From an uncultured Verrucomicrobiae bacterium (lineage in GTDB: Bacteria > Verrucomicrobiota > Verrucomicrobiia > Palsa-1439): 64,000 nucleotides of DNA. The DNA lies in contig CAWEWF010000010.1 in the NCBI GenBank assembly GCA_963812605.1, positions 179,678-243,677 of the forward strand, given 5' to 3'. A model generated the notes under the pieces. The model saw only the letters and a program-made list of their open reading frames with translations. It did no database searches and had not been told where the DNA came from. Shown one piece after another: positions 59,251 to 64,000 of the stretch (the stretch's first letter is position 1; each line of letters starts with the position of its first letter). The translations under genes and the position numbers were made by a program.

Positions 59251-60312
59251 AAAAGCCCCTCACCTATGATCGGACCCTGCTCTTCACGCCGCTTGGTGGA
59301 TTAGTCTGAGACGGCAAACCATATTTATACGGAAGCGTCCTGAATTTGTCTATCGGTTAGTGGCAGCACGTTCTGAATAGCCGCCGGAATTGTCTCTCGC
59401 CTTGTGTGCCGAGTGTGGTGCAAAAAATTATTCGCTAAACTCGCGGCACTGACCGTGTTTAATTTATGTGTGACAAATTGGCTTGTGACAGGCTGGGCTG
59501 ACGGCGAAGTAATAGCGTCATATAGTCGCCATTTCTCGCTGGGGATTGTTTCATCGCCAGTGAATGCTCCACCTAATCGCCTCTCCAGCACGTCGTAGCA
59601 ACTTTTTGGGAGTTTTGGCGCAATTGATGGCGTGAACGAAGCTACCGTTACACCTGTGAATCCGAGGGGATGTCGAGAAGAGGTAGACGCAGCACGTATC
59701 TAACAATGGCCTGACCGCGAAGAACCGGAGTTGTTATCAGATTGTGTTGTGGCTTACAGTAATGCCGGCGCCAATCTTGAAACGGGTTGTGTGCGGGGAA
59801 GGGCGAGGAGGGTGGTAGGAATTACACCTATGAAAAAATTAGCTCTTGACCTAGACGCGACTAGGAATATATTGGGTGCGTAGGGCGTTGTTTTACAGGC
59901 TGACGTGGTACTGGTCGTTGAAGTTCCCTGGTTCCTCAGCGGTAACCACTATCTTTAAGGCTTCACCTCGTGGTCGGATCAAACGCGGTCAGAGTACGTT
60001 TGTCCGTTGGGAAGTCACAGCGAAATTCCGGCGTTCATTTTTCGACAGTCGGCCGACAATCCGATTTCGGAACAGCATCCGATGGCGCTTTTGTTAGTGA
60101 GTATGGCATGACGGCGGGTCATCTGTTGGCGTGATCAGCCTGAAGTCTTTTTGCGAATAACGCAATCACGGGGGATTGCCTGGAGGCCGAGTCCGGCATC
60201 GTTCGGTTCTCCACCAACAACGCCGCTGTCAATGGGCGGAATGATCAGCAGCGAAATAATGATGCCGCGAAGGACGTGCCTTCAGTCACGAAGCTGAAAG
60301 GAGCAGAGATTC

Positions 60313-62140
60313 ATGAAAGGTTGCACCAACTCTCACGTTACGGAGTTGCGCCGTATCGCGATGTTCGTGGCGACATTCGTTGTCGCCGCAACTAGCGAAG
60401 CCGCTCTCTATACCACCAGCATTCACACGCCTTACGCAGGGCAAACCTGGACCAATGCCATCTGGCAACCGGGTTTGACAACTCCAACGCCCGGCAACAC
60501 CTACGAGATCCTCGCGGGTGGCGCCGTCCAGAATCCTTCGGGCGATACCGCGGTTTTTCCGGGCGACGCGCTCACGTTGGATCACGGCGCCCGGCTCCAG
60601 CTTAAGGGAACCTCGCCGGAAACGTTGAGTTTTCCCGGCATCGCCGGGACTGCGGGCTTGATCCTAAACGGCGGCAGAATTCAACTCAGAGACGATAATA
60701 CGTTTACGATTGACGGCGAAATCGCCGTCGCAGCCGATTCGGTTGCCGATCTCGGTTCCGGCTCCCGCAACCTGGTAATCACGGCGCAACTTTCGGGCGG
60801 GGGAACGCTCCGTCTTTTTAGCGGAAGCCCGGGAAATTTCGTGGATGTTCAAAGTGCGAATAATTCGTACGCCGGCAACTGGCTGCTCATCAGCGGCTAT
60901 CTCAGGGGTACGGGCGTGAATTCGCTCGGCGCCGGAAACGTCATTGTCAGCAACGGCACTTTGGAAATCAGCTATGACATTCAAACTCCCGGTGCCTTGA
61001 CGCTTCTTGGGAGTAATAGCGTGATGGTCTTGCATCAGGATTGCCGGTTCAGTGCCGTTACGATCAACGGCACGGAGTTGGTTCCGGGCGCCTACTCATA
61101 TGCCGATCTCGAGGCTCAATTCCCCGTCAACTTTGCGGAAGGTGGTTCCGGCAGTATCGCCGTTGGCCCTCCCGTGCCGGGTTCCGGAGTCCGTCCCCGG
61201 TCGACAACACGGAATCCAATTCGTCGTCCACGGCTTCCAACACCACCACCAATGTTGTCGATGCGCCGGCCACGAATAGTCCCGGCAGTCCGGCGATCTT
61301 GGGGTTACTGGGCACGATAGTCCCCACGACACCGAACATTGAGACGGTGTTGGCCAACTCTCCCTCGCAAATCACGCTGTCCTGGAGTCCCAGTATTGAC
61401 TCGGGCGGTCCCGGGCTGTCGGGATATCTGATATTTCGCGGAGGCGTGTTGATCGGGACGGCTATCGGAACCAGGTTTGCGGACAACGGGTTGACCGCGG
61501 GCACCCAGTATTGTTATCAGATTGTGGCTGTCGATGTCGCGGGCAATGATTCTCCGCTCGGTGCGTCGGTGTGCGCAACCACCACAATCGGCGTATCAGC
61601 CACAGGCGGCGCCTCAGCTCCCGCAGCGTCGAGCGGAGTGACCGCCCTGGTCGACTCCTCCTCGCAGATCACGTTGTCTTGGACTCCCAGCACTGATTCC
61701 GGCGGTCCGGGCTGGCAGGCTATCTGGTATTTCGCGGAGGGGTGTTGATCGGGAAGACTACCGGGGCCAGGTTTGCGGACAACGGGTTGACCGCGGGCAC
61801 GCAGTATTGCTACACGATCGAGGCTTACGATAACGCCGGCAACGATTCGACCGTCAGCGCGCAGACGTGCGCAACCACACTCCCGCCTCCCATCGTGACG
61901 CCGGCCGCGCCGTCGAACCTGGCGGTGGCTGCGGTGACGTTCCGCATCCGTCACGCTCAACTGGCAGGACAATTCGAACAACGAAACCGAGTTCGAGATC
62001 GAGCGGGCCACGACAGCCGCCGGGCCCTGGAACTTAACGGGGACCACCGCAACCAACGTGACGTTCTTACACCGACACCGGGCTGACTCCATCCACGACG
62101 TATTATTATCGCGTGTTGGCCTACGCGCAAGACCAGTAGT
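60313..62140 (+). CDS. Secreted protein with passenger-like N terminus and three FN3 repeats; multiple frameshifts (assembly error or pseudogene)
   Basis: Signal peptide; near-identical FN3 units at ~61360-61585 and ~61660-61880; third FN3 (WQDNSNNETEFEIER); frame breaks near 61195, 61727, 61945 and 62070. Confidence 0.65.
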
Positions 62141-62367
62141 CGCTTGCTCGGGGGCGATTGTCACATTCAGCAGGTGATAAATGCCTTTTAAAGTTGGGAG
62201 GCCGCCAAAGCGGATCTTCTGATGTCCATGGCGGAAGTGGCCATCATCGAGCCTGAGCTGGCGTTCGCATTATTCAACTAGGTTTTCTTCCGAAGGACAA
62301 TTCGGAATTGTGAGCGGTGGAATCACGCGCCTTTGCGGGATAGATTGTGGAGAAAGAGAGGTCTTTC

Positions 62368-62643
62368 ATGAATGTTCCTACGGAAGAACAAATCCGAAAG
62401 CGCGCCTACGAAATCTATCGGAGGCACGGAAAACCCGGACGGGACCTGCAAAACTGGTTGGAGGCCGAACGGGAACTCAAGCAGATGTTGGAACGCGAGC
62501 AAAAAGTAGAAGCCACTGTGTGGGAGGATACGTCGACCGGCGCGGCACCGATGGCCGCACCGCCGTCACGAACCGATCCCGGCGCGAAGAATACAAAAAG
62601 GGTTTCTAACCTGCCTGTCTCGCCAACCCGTGCTGAGGTCTGA
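62368..62643 (+). CDS. DUF2934 family protein
   Basis: EQIRKRAYEIY..G..GRDLQNWLEAEREL; SD GAGG. Confidence 0.8.
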   Translation: MNVPTEEQIRKRAYEIYRRHGKPGRDLQNWLEAERELKQMLEREQKVEATVWEDTSTGAAPMAAPPSRTDPGAKNTKRVSNLPVSPTRAEV

Positions 62644-62687
62644 AGTCCTTCTAGACGAAAGGAACCATCCTCGGTAGCATTGGGCGC

Positions 62688-64000
62688 ATGAGGGTACCGA
62701 CGGTTGCGCGTTTTCAAAACTGGCTGGTAGTGTCGCTATTGCTCCTGGTGGGTGCGAATGCGTGGGGTGCCCCTGCGTTTTTCAATGTGTTGGATTACGG
62801 CGCGCATCCCGACGGCTCGAGAAACTCGACGGAGGCGATCCATTCCGCCATCCAGGCGGCCAAAGCGGCCGGCGGAGGAACGGTGTACTTCCCGCCGGGC
62901 AATGATGTCACTGGGCCGATCGAACTGGTGAACAACCTTGTCCTCGATATCGACGCGGGCGCCACGCTGCGGTTTCCGGCGAGCGGTTCCGTTTACGAAG
63001 GGCCGGGAGCAGGGAATCGAATGCCTCACGCCCGTCCCCTTGATCGGTGGACGAAACCTGCAGAACGTGACCATCACGGGCCGGGCGTACTCACCACCGA
63101 CAACGCCGAATGGCTCAAGATCATGCCGCGAACGAAGCGCGCCGGGTCGGACCCGGGGACGGCGTTCGGCCCCAACTGGGAGCGCCTGTTGCAAGACCTC
63201 GAGGTGAAGACCCCCGCGCCGGATGAGGAATACGAAAAGGTCGCCCCCGAACTCCGGCCCTCGTTCGTCCGCACGATGGACAGCACGAATGTCCTGATCG
63301 AGGGAGTTCACTTTGTGGGTTCGTCGATGTGGACGATCCATCTGCTTTACACGGACAACGCCGTGGTCCGCAACGTCATGATCGAAACGTATCCGGGCGT
63401 GCACACGGACGGCATCGCCGTTGATTCCAGCCGCAACGTGCGGATTTCCGATTGCTATATCGACACCGGCGACGATGGCATCGTGATCAAATCCGGGAAG
63501 GACGCCGACGGGCGGCGGGTCAACAAGCCGACCGAAAACGTGTCCATCGCCAATTGCACCGTGCACCACGCGCATGGCGCCGTCTCGCTGGGCAGTGAAA
63601 TTGCGGGTGGGATCCGTAACCTCGTGGCCGATAACATCACCTGTGACGGCACCCAGATGGGCGTGCGCATCAAGAGCCGGCGCGGCCGGGGCGGCGTGGT
63701 CGAGGACGTCCGGTTCGATCACTGGACGATGGAGAAAACGTCGGTCAGGCCATCAATGTGACCAGTTACTATCTCATGGAGGGCGAAGTGCGGACTTCCC
63801 CGCAGCCCGTTTCGGAGAAGACCCCGGTGTTCCGCAACATCGCCATCAGTCACATGACCATCCACGGCGCGCGGGTGGCGATCAATATTGAGGGACTACC
63901 GGGTATGCCGATTATGGGGTTGCGAATCAGCGACGTTATCGCCTCGGCGAAGGTTGGAATGGAAGCGCACAACACCCGGGCGCTGGAACTGCATCACATA
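62688..64000 (+). CDS. Glycoside hydrolase family 28 (polygalacturonase-like), frameshifted, runs off window end
   Basis: HTDG, TGDD, AHG, LGSE and RIKS motifs; compensating frameshifts at ~62985 and ~63083, another at ~63745. Confidence 0.85.

Noticed and set aside
59312-59345. GGCAAAC suggesting a c-di-GMP-I riboswitch
   Set aside because: The GNRA-capped stem and downstream GCAAAG/receptor elements are missing.
62185-62281. Short open frame SWEAAKADLLMSMAEVAIIEPELAFALFN* (similar orphan tail at ~28165-28276)
   Set aside because: Too short and without a supported start. It could be a gene remnant but cannot be supported without a search.

Overview
GC-rich bacterial chromosome segment. The 16S signatures (CTACGGGTGGCAGCAGTCGAG, GTAATACAGAG) and the Ala-Ile tRNA spacer point to Verrucomicrobiota. 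Left to right it holds: sulfate activation genes (3' end of cysH, cysD, cysNC); ubiE/menG, a GHMP kinase and an M28 peptidase; a small repeat-bounded low-GC cassette region (7.2-8.3 kb); tRNA-Ser with a GIY-YIG nuclease; cspA; a complete rRNA operon; aroD, an orphan methylase, aroK, queG, msbA and purE; a ~10 kb defence island (TIR-like pair, DUF3486, Panacea/PemK-like pair, type III R-M whose Res reads in frame into a DUF433 antitoxin followed by a DUF5615 PIN toxin, HEPN/MNT); priA and bioD; a sugar-phosphate-type bacterial microcompartment operon (RpiB-DeoC fusion, aldehyde dehydrogenase, shell genes); an IS110 element; an MFS transporter; two large secreted FN3 proteins; and a GH28. The strongest sequence-level result is the IS110 at 53273-54475. 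Its CT cores, REP target, circle-junction promoter and all four bridge-RNA guide segments can be read directly from the DNA. Other highlights are REP-like repeats sitting in frame inside proteins, repeated leaderless-type starts, and strongly G-skewed genes next to heptamer-repeat clusters. Many single-base frameshifts suggest a noisy long-read assembly, so fusions and pseudogene calls need read-level checks. All family assignments come from motif recognition; no database searches were run.
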